A stretch of 64,000 nt of DNA from Thermoplasmata archaeon (GCA_035502035.1 DATJUZ010000059.1:6650-70649); one strand, 5' to 3'. Counted from the stretch's first letter, positions 28,058 through 36,766 are shown. Translations and numbers: made by a program. The notes: generated by a model not told the origin, from the sequence alone.

Positions 28058-28600
28058 GGAACGTTCAACGGCGCCGATCCGGCTCCTCGGTCCATCGTCT
28101 GGACGTGCGTCTCGTGGACCCGGGAGAGCCGTCCATCCAACCCCGGGGTCGCGTCGTTCTCCTTGTGCTATGCCCGGAAAGCGGACAGCGAGAACCCTCG
28201 GTCCCGAGCCCATCAGAGATCGCGCCCTAGCGCCCGTAGGCGTCCGAGGGAGCGTCCGTGCCGGTCGACCTTCTGCCTGCCGTTGGGATATTTCGGCAAG
28301 CGGTCGAGATACGACCGCCGGGCGGGCGTGCTACGAACGCCCTCAGGACCGGATCGTCTGCTCGGTCTAGGGTAGTGGAGCTCCCCGGGCGGATACTCCG
28401 CTCCGTCCGACCCGTCCAAGGCGAGGCCGGCCGCCCACAAGGCCGGGGCTACGGAGTGGCAGGCGGTCCATCGATCTCCCCCGGGCGGAGCGCCTTGCCC
28501 AGGATGGTCTACGCCAGGACAGGAGTCTCGAGGGCAACCGGGGCGACGTATAGGACGAAATCGTCCCGCCCCGATAGGGTCTGGGGGAGCGGACGGCCGC
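28058..28600. ncRNA. Candidate structured non-coding RNA, class unresolved
   Basis: About 540 nt with no credible ORF and locally lower GC, bounded by the dnaK and amidohydrolase promoters. Has an internal AT island (GGGATATTTCGG near 28286-28297) and verified helices: 28398-28406 with 28451-28459; 28427-28432 with 28441-28446; 28540-28545 with 28567-28572 enclosing 28453-28466-type hairpin GGACG/CGUCC at 28553-28566; possible long-range 28380-28392 with 28566-28590. Confidence 0.25.
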
Positions 28601-28605
28601 GCGAG

Positions 28606-28611
28606 TTATAG
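28606..28611 (+). promoter_or_regulatory. TATA-like box for a leaderless amidohydrolase transcript
   Basis: TTATAG lies 23 nt upstream of the GTG start at 28634. Confidence 0.45.
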
Positions 28612-28633
28612 CGCACGCGCGGCTCGCGCGGCG

Positions 28634-29833
28634 GTGTCGACCGCGACGGTCGCCTGGAGCCGGGTCGCTCGCCTCGCGCTGCCGGCGATGCGGGTCTGGC
28701 GGGCCTCGATCCACGAGGAGCCCGAGCTCTCCGGCGAAGAGGTGCTGACCCGAGAGAAGATCCTGCGGGCGCTCGAGGAGCTCGGGGTTCGGACCCGGAC
28801 GTTCCCCGGCCACCTCCGGGGGGTCGTGGGCATGATCGGCGAGGACGTGCCGGGACCGGTGGTGGCGCTGCGCGCGGACATGGACGCTCTCCCCGTCGTC
28901 GAGGCGACCGGTCTCGCGTTCCGGTCGAAGCGGCCGGGGGTGATGCACGCGTGCGGGCACGACATCCACATGGCCTCCCTGCTCGGCGCCGCCCAGATCC
29001 TCTCGAAGGAGCGCCGTGCGCTCGCCGGCCCGGTCAAGCTGCTGTTCCAGCCGTCCGAGGAGGACGGCACGGTCGGCGGCGCGCAGCCGATGATCGACCG
29101 GGGCTGCCTCGAGCGCCCGAAGGTCGATTTCGTGGTCGGGCAGCACGTCGACCCCGGGCTCCCGCTCGGCCGGATCGGCTGGGGGGCGGGCCCGTTCATG
29201 GCCGCTGCCGACGCCTTCCGCATCACGGTCCGCGGTCGCGGGGGCCACGCGTCGACGCCGCACCAGGGGCCGGATGCGATCCTGGTCGCGAGCGAGATCG
29301 TCACGGGCCTCCAGGCGCTCGCGAGCCGCGTGCGCGACCCGACCGAGCCGGTCGTCGTCAGCGTCGGTTCGATCCACGGAGGGACGCGGCACAACATCCT
29401 GCCCGAGACGGTCGTCCTCGAGGGAACGGTCCGCACGGTGACCGCCGCGACGCGCGAGCTCATGGAGCGCTCGCTCCGCCGCCGCGTCCGCGCGATTGCC
29501 GCAAGCCTCGGAGCCCGGACGACGATCGTCTACCAACGCGGCTACCCGGCGCTGATCAACCCCCCCGAGGCGACCGCCCGCGTCGTGCGGGCGCTCGAGG
29601 TCGAGTTCGGCCGCTCGGCGCTCGTCCGGGTCGACCGGCCGCTGATGGGAGCGGAGGATTTCGCCCGCTACCTCGAGCACGTCCCCGGGACGTTCCTGCG
29701 GCTCGGGGTCGGCGGCACGGGACCACCGGCGAGCCTCCACTCGTCGTCGTTCGCCCCGGACGAGCGGGCGATGGTCGTGGGGGCCGCGACGCTCGCCGCG
29801 GCGGCGGTCGGGCTCCAGCGCGGCGCCCGATGA
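28634..29833 (+). CDS. M20D family amidohydrolase (N-acyl-amino acid amidohydrolase / peptidase)
   Basis: 399 aa. Contains IHEEPELSGEE, ALRADMDALPV, HACGHDIH and FQPSEE motifs. Confidence 0.85.
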   Translation: MSTATVAWSRVARLALPAMRVWRASIHEEPELSGEEVLTREKILRALEELGVRTRTFPGHLRGVVGMIGEDVPGPVVALRADMDALPVVEATGLAFRSKRPGVMHACGHDIHMASLLGAAQILSKERRALAGPVKLLFQPSEEDGTVGGAQPMIDRGCLERPKVDFVVGQHVDPGLPLGRIGWGAGPFMAAADAFRITVRGRGGHASTPHQGPDAILVASEIVTGLQALASRVRDPTEPVVVSVGSIHGGTRHNILPETVVLEGTVRTVTAATRELMERSLRRRVRAIAASLGARTTIVYQRGYPALINPPEATARVVRALEVEFGRSALVRVDRPLMGAEDFARYLEHVPGTFLRLGVGGTGPPASLHSSSFAPDERAMVVGAATLAAAAVGLQRGAR

Positions 29834-31206
29834 TCGAACCCGGCCTGCGGGGGGAGTTCCCGGCGCTCGCGGGCGGTCCCGGCCGAGATCCTCCCGCCTA
29901 CCTCGACTCCGCCTGCCTCTCGCTCACCCCGCGGGCGACCCTGCGCGCGATGGAGGAGTACTACACCGACTACCCCGGCTGCGCGGGCCGCAGCGTGCAT
30001 CGGTTCTCGGCCGAGGTCGGCCGACGGTTCGAGGAGGCGCGCGAGCGGTTCGCCCGGTTCTTCGGCCAACGGGACGCGGGCGGCGTCGTCTTCCTCCGGA
30101 ACGCGACCGAGGGGCTCAACCTCGTCGCCCAGGGCCTCGCGTGGAAGCGGGGGGACCGGGTCCTGATCACCGACCGCGAGCACAACTCCAACCTCGTCGT
30201 CTGGCAGCGCCTCGCCCGCGAGCGGGGGATCCGGCTCGAGATCCTCCCGCTGGACGACGCGGGAGGCTTCGACGGGGAGGCGCTGGACGCCCGGCTCGCC
30301 CGGGGCGTCCGGCTCGTCAGCGTGTTCCACACGTCGAACCTCGACGGGCGGACGCTGCCGCTCGAGGAGATCACCGAGCGGGCGCACGACCGCGGCGCCT
30401 TCGTGCTCGCCGACGGCTGCCAGGCCGCGCCCCACCGGCGCGTCGACCTCGAGCGCCTCGGGGTCGACGCCTACGCCGTCAGCGCCCACAAGATGCTCGG
30501 CCCGAACGGCGTCGGCCTCCTGCTCGCGGCCCCCGGCGTCCTCGACCGCGTGCGCCCCCTCGTCCTCGGAGGGGAGACGGTCGTCTCGACGACCACGACC
30601 GACCACGTGCTCCGGCCCCCGCCGCACCGCTTCGAGGCCGGCCTCCAGAACTACGCGGGCATTCTCGGGGCCCGGGCCGGCCTCGACGTGCTCGAGCGGG
30701 TCGGGCTCGAGGCGATCGAGGAGCACCAGACCCGGCTGAACCGGACGGTGACGGCCGCGCTCGCGGACGAGCCCCGCGTCCGGCTGATCGGGCCGGCGTC
30801 GCCCGACGATCGCCCGAGCATCTACGCGTTCACCGTGGACGGCGTCGACCCGAACGACGCCGCGCTGTTCCTGGACGAGGGACACGGGGTCCTCGTCCGG
30901 TCCGGGATGCACTGCGTCCACTCCTACTACGCCGCCCGCGGGCTCCCGGGGAACGTGCGGGCGTCGTTCTACCTCTACAACGACCGCCGCGACGCCGAGC
31001 GCCTCGTCGACGGAGTGCGCGAGCTGCTGGAGCGCGTGCCGGGCCGGCCCGTCAGCGGTACATCGGCTGCGAGGGGGGGCTCGCGACGTCCGGGCGCTGT
31101 CGGTCGGCGGCGCGCCGCTGGATCTGGAGCAGCTGCTGCTCGATCCGCTCGGCCTCGGCGTAGAGCGGAACGGCGTCCAGCGGGCTCCGCAGCAGGATCC
31201 GGCTGA
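29830..31206 (+). CDS. Class V aminotransferase / cysteine desulfurase-like (SufS/NifS family)
   Basis: 458 aa from MIEPGLRGEFPAL (ATGA overlap 29830-29833). Contains YLDSACLSL, HNSNLVVWQ, SAHKMLGP (PLP lysine) and SGMHCVH motifs. The Arg/Ala/Gly-rich C-terminal tail overlaps the convergent PAC2 gene by 155 nt. Confidence 0.8.
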   Translation: MIEPGLRGEFPALAGGPGRDPPAYLDSACLSLTPRATLRAMEEYYTDYPGCAGRSVHRFSAEVGRRFEEARERFARFFGQRDAGGVVFLRNATEGLNLVAQGLAWKRGDRVLITDREHNSNLVVWQRLARERGIRLEILPLDDAGGFDGEALDARLARGVRLVSVFHTSNLDGRTLPLEEITERAHDRGAFVLADGCQAAPHRRVDLERLGVDAYAVSAHKMLGPNGVGLLLAAPGVLDRVRPLVLGGETVVSTTTTDHVLRPPPHRFEAGLQNYAGILGARAGLDVLERVGLEAIEEHQTRLNRTVTAALADEPRVRLIGPASPDDRPSIYAFTVDGVDPNDAALFLDEGHGVLVRSGMHCVHSYYAARGLPGNVRASFYLYNDRRDAERLVDGVRELLERVPGRPVSGTSAARGGSRRPGAVGRRRAAGSGAAAARSARPRRRAERRPAGSAAGSG

Positions 31207-31864
31207 TCGTCTCGATGACCTTCGCGGCCGCCCGCGCGTCCGGGTAGTCGGCCTGCGCCTCGGCGAGGAACGTCAGGACGTCGAACCCCCGGCGCCGGCC
31301 CTCGTTCAGGAGGACCCCGGCGATGCCGGTGATGACCCCCTCGTTGAACGGCACCGTGTTCGGGTCGATGTAGAGGTCGCGCGCCTTGCGCGTGCTCGCG
31401 ATGCCGAAGACCTTCACCTCGCCGAGGCCGCCGCGGCCTTTCCGCGGCGCCGTCGCGGGCGCCTCGACGACGAGCCCCTCGGGCGAGACGAGCAGCGAGC
31501 AGCGCTGCTCCTGGACCCAGTCGAGGATCGCCGTCGCGAGGGGGCTGATCACCGCGGGCGCCGGGTGGAACTCGGAGACGAACGCGACGATCTTGTCGGC
31601 GCCCTTCCCCGTCCGGTCGACCTTCGGACGCCCGGCGTAGATCCGGACCGGATGCTGCGGGATCCCGTTGCGGACGAGGGAGACCGTCGGGAACGACGGC
31701 GACTCCACGATGCCGATCTGCTCCATCTGGAGGGTGTCGATGAGGTAGTTCGCGACGATCGAGCTGACGAGGCCTACCGACGGGAAGCCGTCGATGACGA
31801 TCGCCCCCTCGACGTCGACGCGCTTGATCTCGTAGATGCGGACCTGATCCGGTGCGACGACCAT
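31052..31864 (-). CDS. PAC2 family protein (proteasome assembly chaperone-like)
   Basis: 270 aa. Contains GAIVIDGFPSVGLVSSIVANYL near the N-terminus and GVITGIAGVLLNEG...AEAQADYPDARAAAKV, typical of archaeal PAC2/PbaA-B-like proteins. Confidence 0.75.
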   Translation of the reverse strand: MVVAPDQVRIYEIKRVDVEGAIVIDGFPSVGLVSSIVANYLIDTLQMEQIGIVESPSFPTVSLVRNGIPQHPVRIYAGRPKVDRTGKGADKIVAFVSEFHPAPAVISPLATAILDWVQEQRCSLLVSPEGLVVEAPATAPRKGRGGLGEVKVFGIASTRKARDLYIDPNTVPFNEGVITGIAGVLLNEGRRRGFDVLTFLAEAQADYPDARAAAKVIETISRILLRSPLDAVPLYAEAERIEQQLLQIQRRAADRQRPDVASPPSQPMYR

Positions 31865-31867
31865 CGG

Positions 31868-32227
31868 CTAGAGCGACCTCTCGACGATCTGGCCGAGCTC
31901 CTTGGAGACGAGCTCCACGAGGTCCTTGGTCAGCGCGCGGCGCACCTCCGGAGGAAGCGCGGCGAGGCCGAGGCGCGCGGTCGCCGTCCCGACGCGCAGG
32001 ACCGCGGCGTACTCGGCGGCGCGGGCGGCGAGCAGGTCGCGGACCGCCTCGCGCAGGTCGTGCTCGAGCTTCGGGTCGTCGTGGAGGGTCTTGTCGAGGT
32101 GGCGGCGGATCTCGTCCTTGACGATGTCGCGCGTCACCTCGCGCACGAGCTCCTCGGGCCGGAGCAGCTCGCGGGAGCTGCGCACGAGCACGTCGATCGG
32201 CTCGCCGGAGGAGCGGTCGTCGGCCAT
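31868..32227 (-). CDS. Hypothetical small helical protein
   Basis: 119 aa from ATG 32227 (MADDRSSGEPIDVL...). Charged helical sequence in a GC3-rich frame. Ends 3 nt before the PAC2 start. The longer track ORF (to 32440) would run through the tRNA-Ala gene. Confidence 0.5.
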   Translation of the reverse strand: MADDRSSGEPIDVLVRSSRELLRPEELVREVTRDIVKDEIRRHLDKTLHDDPKLEHDLREAVRDLLAARAAEYAAVLRVGTATARLGLAALPPEVRRALTKDLVELVSKELGQIVERSL

Positions 32228-32335
32228 CGGCGGCGGGAGCGGCGCTGGGACGATAAGCGTTCGCTCGGAGCGGCCGCTCAGGGCGTTCCCTCGACACGAA
32301 GCCGTTAATGCTCGGGGCTCCTCGCCGCCGACGGT

Positions 32336-32439
32336 GGGCCGGTAGATCAGCGGAAGATCGCGACCTTGGCAAGGTAGAGGTCGCGAGTTCAAAGGGCGCC
32401 CGGGACGGTTCCCGGGGCCGGAAGTTCTCGCCCGGTCCA
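32336..32439 (+). tRNA. tRNA-Ala (anticodon GGC) with a 32-nt intron in the T-loop (between positions 59 and 60)
   Basis: - Acceptor GGGCCGG/CCGGUCC with a G3:U70 pair and discriminator A73.
- U8, A14, G18G19 and A21 present. D-stem GAUC/GAUC.
- Anticodon loop UUGGCAA (anticodon 32368-32370).
- T-stem GCGAG/CUCGC. T-loop UUCAAA + U is restored by removing 32394-32425.
- One G:A mismatch in the anticodon stem.
- No encoded CCA. Confidence 0.75.
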
Positions 32440-32504
32440 CTCCCGCCGGTCCCTCGGGACCTTCGGCACCTGTCGAAACCGGCGAACGACACGAAGGTCA
32501 GCGA

Positions 32505-32510
32505 TTTATA
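32505..32510 (+). promoter_or_regulatory. TATA box for a leaderless XRE-regulator/mevalonate operon transcript
   Basis: TTTATA lies 24 nt upstream of the GTG start at 32534. Confidence 0.45.
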
Positions 32511-32533
32511 GCGGGGTCGGCTCGTTCGGTCCC

Positions 32534-33208
32534 GTGCAACCGGAGATCCGCGAGAAGATCGCCGGCGAGGTCGTCCTCTCGCCGCATCCGGGCCGGACCC
32601 TGCGCAAGTGGCGCGAGGACTTCCACGTCTCGCAGCGCGACCTCGCGAAGCAGCTCGCGACCGTCCCGAGCGTCATCAGCGACTACGAGAGCGAGCGCCG
32701 CAGCAGCCCTGGCGCCGGCTTCATTCGCCGCTACGTCGACGGGCTCCTCGCCCTCGACCAGCGCCACGGAGGCCATCTCGGAGCCCCGGGGGCGCCCGAG
32801 CACTCGGACGGCATTCTCGGCCTGCGCGAATTCGCGGTCGCGATGCCCCTGAAGAGCTTCGCCGACCGCCTCGAGGCGCGCGCGGTGAGCCGCGTCGACC
32901 TCCACCGCGACCTCCACGGGTTCACCGTCGTCGACGCCCCGCGCGCGATCCTGTCGATGGACGCGAGCCGGTTCGTCGAGGTCTACGGCTGGACGACCCA
33001 GCGGGCGATCGTCTTCGCGAACGTCAAGTACGGGCGCTCCCCGATGGTCGCCATCCGCGCGCACCCGTTGAAGCCCGCAGCGGTCGTCTTCGCCAACCCG
33101 GGCCGCATCGACGCGCTCGCCATCCGCCTCTCCGAGGTGGAGAACATCCCGCTCCTCACCACGTCGCTCGCCGCTCCGGCGGTGTTGGAGCGTCTCGAGG
33201 AGCTGTAG
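32534..33208 (+). CDS. XRE-family helix-turn-helix transcriptional regulator with uncharacterised C-terminal domain
   Basis: 224 aa. HTH segment [34 protein letters not shown]. The opposite-strand ORF 32498..33229 is Arg/Asp-rich and is rejected. Confidence 0.7.
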   Translation: MQPEIREKIAGEVVLSPHPGRTLRKWREDFHVSQRDLAKQLATVPSVISDYESERRSSPGAGFIRRYVDGLLALDQRHGGHLGAPGAPEHSDGILGLREFAVAMPLKSFADRLEARAVSRVDLHRDLHGFTVVDAPRAILSMDASRFVEVYGWTTQRAIVFANVKYGRSPMVAIRAHPLKPAAVVFANPGRIDALAIRLSEVENIPLLTTSLAAPAVLERLEEL

Positions 33209-33227
33209 AGGAGGAAGGACGACGTCC

Positions 33228-34280
33228 ATGGACGCAGGGATCGTGAGCTACGGGGCCTACGTGCCGCGCTACCGCATCACGCCGGGGGAGATCGGTCGCG
33301 TCTGGGGCTCGGACGGCGAGAGCGTGGGCCAGGGGCTGAACGTCGAGCGCAAGAGCGTGCCGGCCCCGGACGAGGACACGATCACGATCTCGACCGAGGC
33401 GCTGCGCACCGCGCTCGCCCGGGGCGGGATCGACCCGCAGCAGATCGGAGCGGTCTACGTCGGATCGGAGTCCCACCCGTACGCCGTCAAGCCGACCGCG
33501 ACCGTCGTCGCCCAGGCGGTCGGGGCGACGCCCCACCTGACCGCCGCCGACTTCGAGTTCGCCTGCAAGGCCGGCACCGCGGCGATCCAGACCTGCCTCG
33601 GCCTCGTCGGCGCGGGGATGGTCCGCTACGGGGTCGCGATCGGCACCGACACCTCGCAGGGGGCTCCCGGCGACGCGCTCGAGTACTCCGCGAGCGCCGG
33701 CGGCGCGGCGTTCGTGATCGGGCGCGAGCGGGTGATCTGCCGGGTCCACCGGACCCTCTCCTACACGACGGACACTCCGGACTTCTGGCGCCGCGAGGGC
33801 CAGCGGTACCCGAGCCACAGCGGCCGGTTCACGGGCGAGCCGGCATACTTCCGGCACGTCACCGAGTGCGCGCGCTCCCTGTTCGAGGCCGCCGGCACCA
33901 GCCCGAAGGACTACGTCCACGTCGTCTTCCACCAGCCGAACGGCAAGTTCCCCCAGCGCGTCGGCAAGCAGCTCGGCTTCACGGACGCCCAGATGCGCTG
34001 GGGGCTCGTGACGCCGTACATCGGCAACACCTACTCCGGGGCGGCGCTCATCGGCCTCGCGAACGTCCTCGACCACGCCGGTCCGAACGAGCGCGTGCTC
34101 GTCGTCGGCTACGGCTCGGGGGCCGGCTCGGACGCCTTCGACCTCGAGACGACCGACGAGCTCCCCCGCTTCGAACGCCAGCACGGGCGGCCCGTCCAGT
34201 ACTATCTCGAGAACGGCGTCGAGATCCCCTACGCCGTCTACGCGAAGTTCCGCGGCAAGATCCGCATGGCGGAGGGCTAG
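33228..34280 (+). CDS. Hydroxymethylglutaryl-CoA synthase (archaeal type)
   Basis: 350 aa. Starts [17 protein letters not shown]. Contains [21 protein letters not shown] (catalytic Cys) and [10 protein letters not shown] motifs. Confidence 0.9.
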   Translation: MDAGIVSYGAYVPRYRITPGEIGRVWGSDGESVGQGLNVERKSVPAPDEDTITISTEALRTALARGGIDPQQIGAVYVGSESHPYAVKPTATVVAQAVGATPHLTAADFEFACKAGTAAIQTCLGLVGAGMVRYGVAIGTDTSQGAPGDALEYSASAGGAAFVIGRERVICRVHRTLSYTTDTPDFWRREGQRYPSHSGRFTGEPAYFRHVTECARSLFEAAGTSPKDYVHVVFHQPNGKFPQRVGKQLGFTDAQMRWGLVTPYIGNTYSGAALIGLANVLDHAGPNERVLVVGYGSGAGSDAFDLETTDELPRFERQHGRPVQYYLENGVEIPYAVYAKFRGKIRMAEG

Positions 34281-34283
34281 CCG

Positions 34284-35453
34284 ATGCGGGAGGTCGCCGT
34301 CCTCGGCGTCGGCCAGACGAAGTTCGGCGAGCTCTGGGACCGCTCGTTCCGCGAGATCGGCATCGAAGCCGGCCTCCAGGCGCTGGTCGACGCGAAGCTC
34401 TCGAGCGCCGACCTGGGGGCGCTGTTCCTCGGGAACATGGCGAGCGGGACGCTGATCGACCAGGAGCACATCGCCCCCCTCATCGCCGACTACGCGGGGC
34501 TCGCGGGGCGCCACCTGCCCGCGATGCGCGTCGAGGGAGGCGGGGCGTCCGGCGCCCTCGCGCTCCACCAGGGCTACCTCGCGGTCGCGAGCGGCCGCTA
34601 CGACTACGTCGTCGTCGGGGGCGCCGAAAAGCTCACGGATGTGCCGGACACGGCGGCGACGCAGGTCACCGCGTCCACCGCCGACCACGAGTGGGAGGTC
34701 GTCTTCGGCGCGACGCTCCCGGCGCTCTGGGGGCTGGTCGCGCGTCGACACATGCATCTTTACGGGACGACGCGCGAGCAGCTCGCGCGCGTGTCGGTCC
34801 ACGCGCACGAGATGGGCGCGAAGAACCCGAACGCGCACTACCGCAACCGGCTGACCGTCGAGCAGGTCGTCGGCGCGCCGCCGATCGCCGAGCCGCTCGG
34901 GGTCCTCGACTGCGCGCCGTTCTCGGACGGTGCCGCCGCGGTCGTCCTCGGCCCGCTCGAGCAGGCCCGGCGCCATACCGACACCCCGGTCCGCCTCGCG
35001 GCGAGCGTCGTCGCCTGCGACACGATGGCGCTCCAGCACCGTGCCGACGTCACGAGCGTCGGCGCCACCGTCGAGGCGGCCCGGCAGGCGTTCGCCCAGG
35101 CGCGCCGGGCGCCGGCCGACGTCTCGGTCGCCGAGATCCACGACGCCTACTCGATCTGCCCGCTCGTCGGCCTCGAGGACCTTGGGTTCGTCGAGCGCGG
35201 CCAGGCCGGCCCGGAGTTCGCGAGCGGACGGTTCGGCGTCGGCGGGCGTCCGACGGTCAACCCCTCCGGCGGCACGAAGGCCCAGGGACGTCCGTTCGGG
35301 GCGGTCGGCGTCGCGCAGGTCGTCGAGCTCGTCCGCCAGCTGCGCGGAGAGGCGAAGGACCGGCAGGTCGCCGGCGCGTCGCTCGGGCTCGCCCACGACC
35401 TCGGGGGCACGGGGGCGACGAGCGTCGTCCACCTGCTGGAGCGGGCGAGCTGA
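34284..35453 (+). CDS. Acetoacetyl-CoA thiolase (archaeal mevalonate-pathway thiolase)
   Basis: 389 aa. Starts MREVAVLGVGQTKFGE. Contains GGGASGALA, EIHDAYSI and SGGTKAQGRPFGAVG motifs. Immediately follows the HMG-CoA synthase. Confidence 0.9.
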   Translation: MREVAVLGVGQTKFGELWDRSFREIGIEAGLQALVDAKLSSADLGALFLGNMASGTLIDQEHIAPLIADYAGLAGRHLPAMRVEGGGASGALALHQGYLAVASGRYDYVVVGGAEKLTDVPDTAATQVTASTADHEWEVVFGATLPALWGLVARRHMHLYGTTREQLARVSVHAHEMGAKNPNAHYRNRLTVEQVVGAPPIAEPLGVLDCAPFSDGAAAVVLGPLEQARRHTDTPVRLAASVVACDTMALQHRADVTSVGATVEAARQAFAQARRAPADVSVAEIHDAYSICPLVGLEDLGFVERGQAGPEFASGRFGVGGRPTVNPSGGTKAQGRPFGAVGVAQVVELVRQLRGEAKDRQVAGASLGLAHDLGGTGATSVVHLLERAS

Positions 35454-35462
35454 GGGGGGACG

Positions 35463-35951
35463 GTGTCGATCGCACGGTTCTGGCGCGAGACGCCGCGCCG
35501 CTACAACCTCGGAGGCTCGAAGTGCACCGTCTGCGGGACCGTCTACTTCCCGCCGCGGGGGGTCTGCCCGAAGTGCACCCACCACCGGCAGTCGATCGAG
35601 AAGATGGTGCCGTTCCAGCTCTCCGGCGCCGGGGAGGTCTTCTCCTACACCATCGTCCACGAGGCCGCCGAGGGGTTCGAGATGCAGGTCCCGTACGTCG
35701 TCGCGCTCGTCCGGACCGAGGAGGGGCCGATCCTCACCGGCCAGGTCGTCGACGTCGAGCCGGCGACGGTGCGGATCGGGCTCAAGGTCCGCGCGACGTT
35801 CCGCAAGCTGCGCGAGGAAGGCCGCGCCGGGGTCATCCACTACGGCTACAAGTTCGCCCCCGCGGAGGAGGTCGAGCCCGACCGCGCCCCGGGACCGCCG
35901 ATCGCGGCGGCCCGGGGGGCCCCGGCGACGCCCGACCGGGCGTCGACGTGA
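35463..35951 (+). CDS. DUF35 OB-fold / zinc-ribbon protein (HMGCS-thiolase complex scaffold)
   Basis: 162 aa. Complete four-Cys ribbon KCTVCGTVYFPPRGVCPKC, followed by an OB-fold-like region. Third gene of the canonical archaeal trio. Pro/Ala-rich C-terminal tail. Confidence 0.85.
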   Translation: MSIARFWRETPRRYNLGGSKCTVCGTVYFPPRGVCPKCTHHRQSIEKMVPFQLSGAGEVFSYTIVHEAAEGFEMQVPYVVALVRTEEGPILTGQVVDVEPATVRIGLKVRATFRKLREEGRAGVIHYGYKFAPAEEVEPDRAPGPPIAAARGAPATPDRAST

Positions 35952-36739
35952 GCGGCCCGGACCCCGCCGCGTCGGGCCGGTCGGCCCCGGACGAGCCGCC
36001 GGCCGACGAGGAGTACGCGCGCACCTACGCGGCCGGCTACGAGGAGGGGGTCCGCACCGCCCTGCGGGAGCTGCTCGCCCACGCCTCCCGTGGCCGGACG
36101 AACCAGGAGCTCCGGGCGCTGATCCTCAGCCGGCTCGCCCGGCTCCGCGAGGAGGTCGACCTGAAGCGGCGGAGCCTGCTGGCGCCTCCCCGGCCCCGTC
36201 CGTTCGGCGAGCTCGTCCGACCGGCGCTCGGCCTGCCGAGCGGCGGCCCGCCGTCGGCGGCGGTCCGCCCGGTGCCCCCGGGGGGGAGCGTCCTCGTCCG
36301 CGAGGCGCGGCCGGAGCACGCGATCGAGCTGCTGCTCGCCTCGCGGGCCGGTTTCCCGCGGACCGTCCTCGTCTCGCTCCGTCCCCCGGCGCTCCCCGCC
36401 GGCGGGGAGACGATCGTCGTCCCGCTGCGCGGCTCCGGCGAGCTCGCGGGGGAGCGCCTCGAGCTCGGCCAGGTCAGCGGCCGCCTGCGCGAGCCGATCG
36501 GGCTCCCCGGCGGCGCGCTCGTCTACGTCGACGCGCTCGAGTTCTTCGTCGCGGAGTCGAGCCCGGACCTCGCGATGCGGTTCGCGCGGTGGCTGGTCAC
36601 GGAGGTCCAGGAGCACGCCGGCGGCCTCATCGTCTCCTACGACCCGCGGGCGCTCGTCCTGACGGACGTCGGGCGGCTCGAGCGCCTGTTCGGCGAGGTC
36701 GTCAACCGCTCCCCCGCGGCGCCGCTGTCGCCGCCGTAG
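35948..36739 (+). CDS. DUF835-like protein (uncharacterised)
   Basis: 263 aa from a GTG forming a GTGA overlap with the DUF35 stop. The C-terminal half (GGALVYVDALEFFVAESSPDLAMRFARWLVTEVQEHAGGLIVSYDPRALVLTDVGRLERLF) resembles the DUF835 pattern. Assignment is from memory. Confidence 0.55.
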   Translation: MSGPDPAASGRSAPDEPPADEEYARTYAAGYEEGVRTALRELLAHASRGRTNQELRALILSRLARLREEVDLKRRSLLAPPRPRPFGELVRPALGLPSGGPPSAAVRPVPPGGSVLVREARPEHAIELLLASRAGFPRTVLVSLRPPALPAGGETIVVPLRGSGELAGERLELGQVSGRLREPIGLPGGALVYVDALEFFVAESSPDLAMRFARWLVTEVQEHAGGLIVSYDPRALVLTDVGRLERLFGEVVNRSPAAPLSPP

Positions 36740-36766
36740 CGGGCGAGGGTCGGGCTCGAGGGGCGC

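Noticed and set aside
28058-28600. Firm identification as RNase P RNA or SRP (7S) RNA
   Set aside because: CCCGGAAAGCGGAC lacks the universally conserved GGAAAGUCC U, and no ACAGAA..GGCUUA partner was found. No GNAR tetraloop followed by GGxAGCA was found (the closest is GGGCAACCGG, which lacks the AG). The class is left open pending covariance-model scans.
28163-28611. Small ORFs (66-117 aa, both strands) inside the dnaK-proximal intergenic region
   Set aside because: They have no GC3 bias, are Arg/Gly/Pro/Ser-rich, mutually overlap, and have no motifs. The region is treated as non-coding.
28044-28633. Idea that this region is a decayed grpE pseudogene (right size and position upstream of dnaK)
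   Set aside because: No frame on the minus strand shows any GrpE-like motif or extended protein-like segment. The abundant stable hairpins fit RNA better. A translated search would be needed to exclude it fully.
32360-32386. Alternative fold of the tRNA-Ala region as a 6-bp GCGACC/GGUCGC hairpin with a 13-nt loop (anticodon-loop intron model)
   Set aside because: It would leave no variable loop or T-stem and would imply an impossibly short 6-nt intron. The T-loop intron model restores every canonical element, including G3:U70, at the cost of one G:A mismatch in the anticodon stem.
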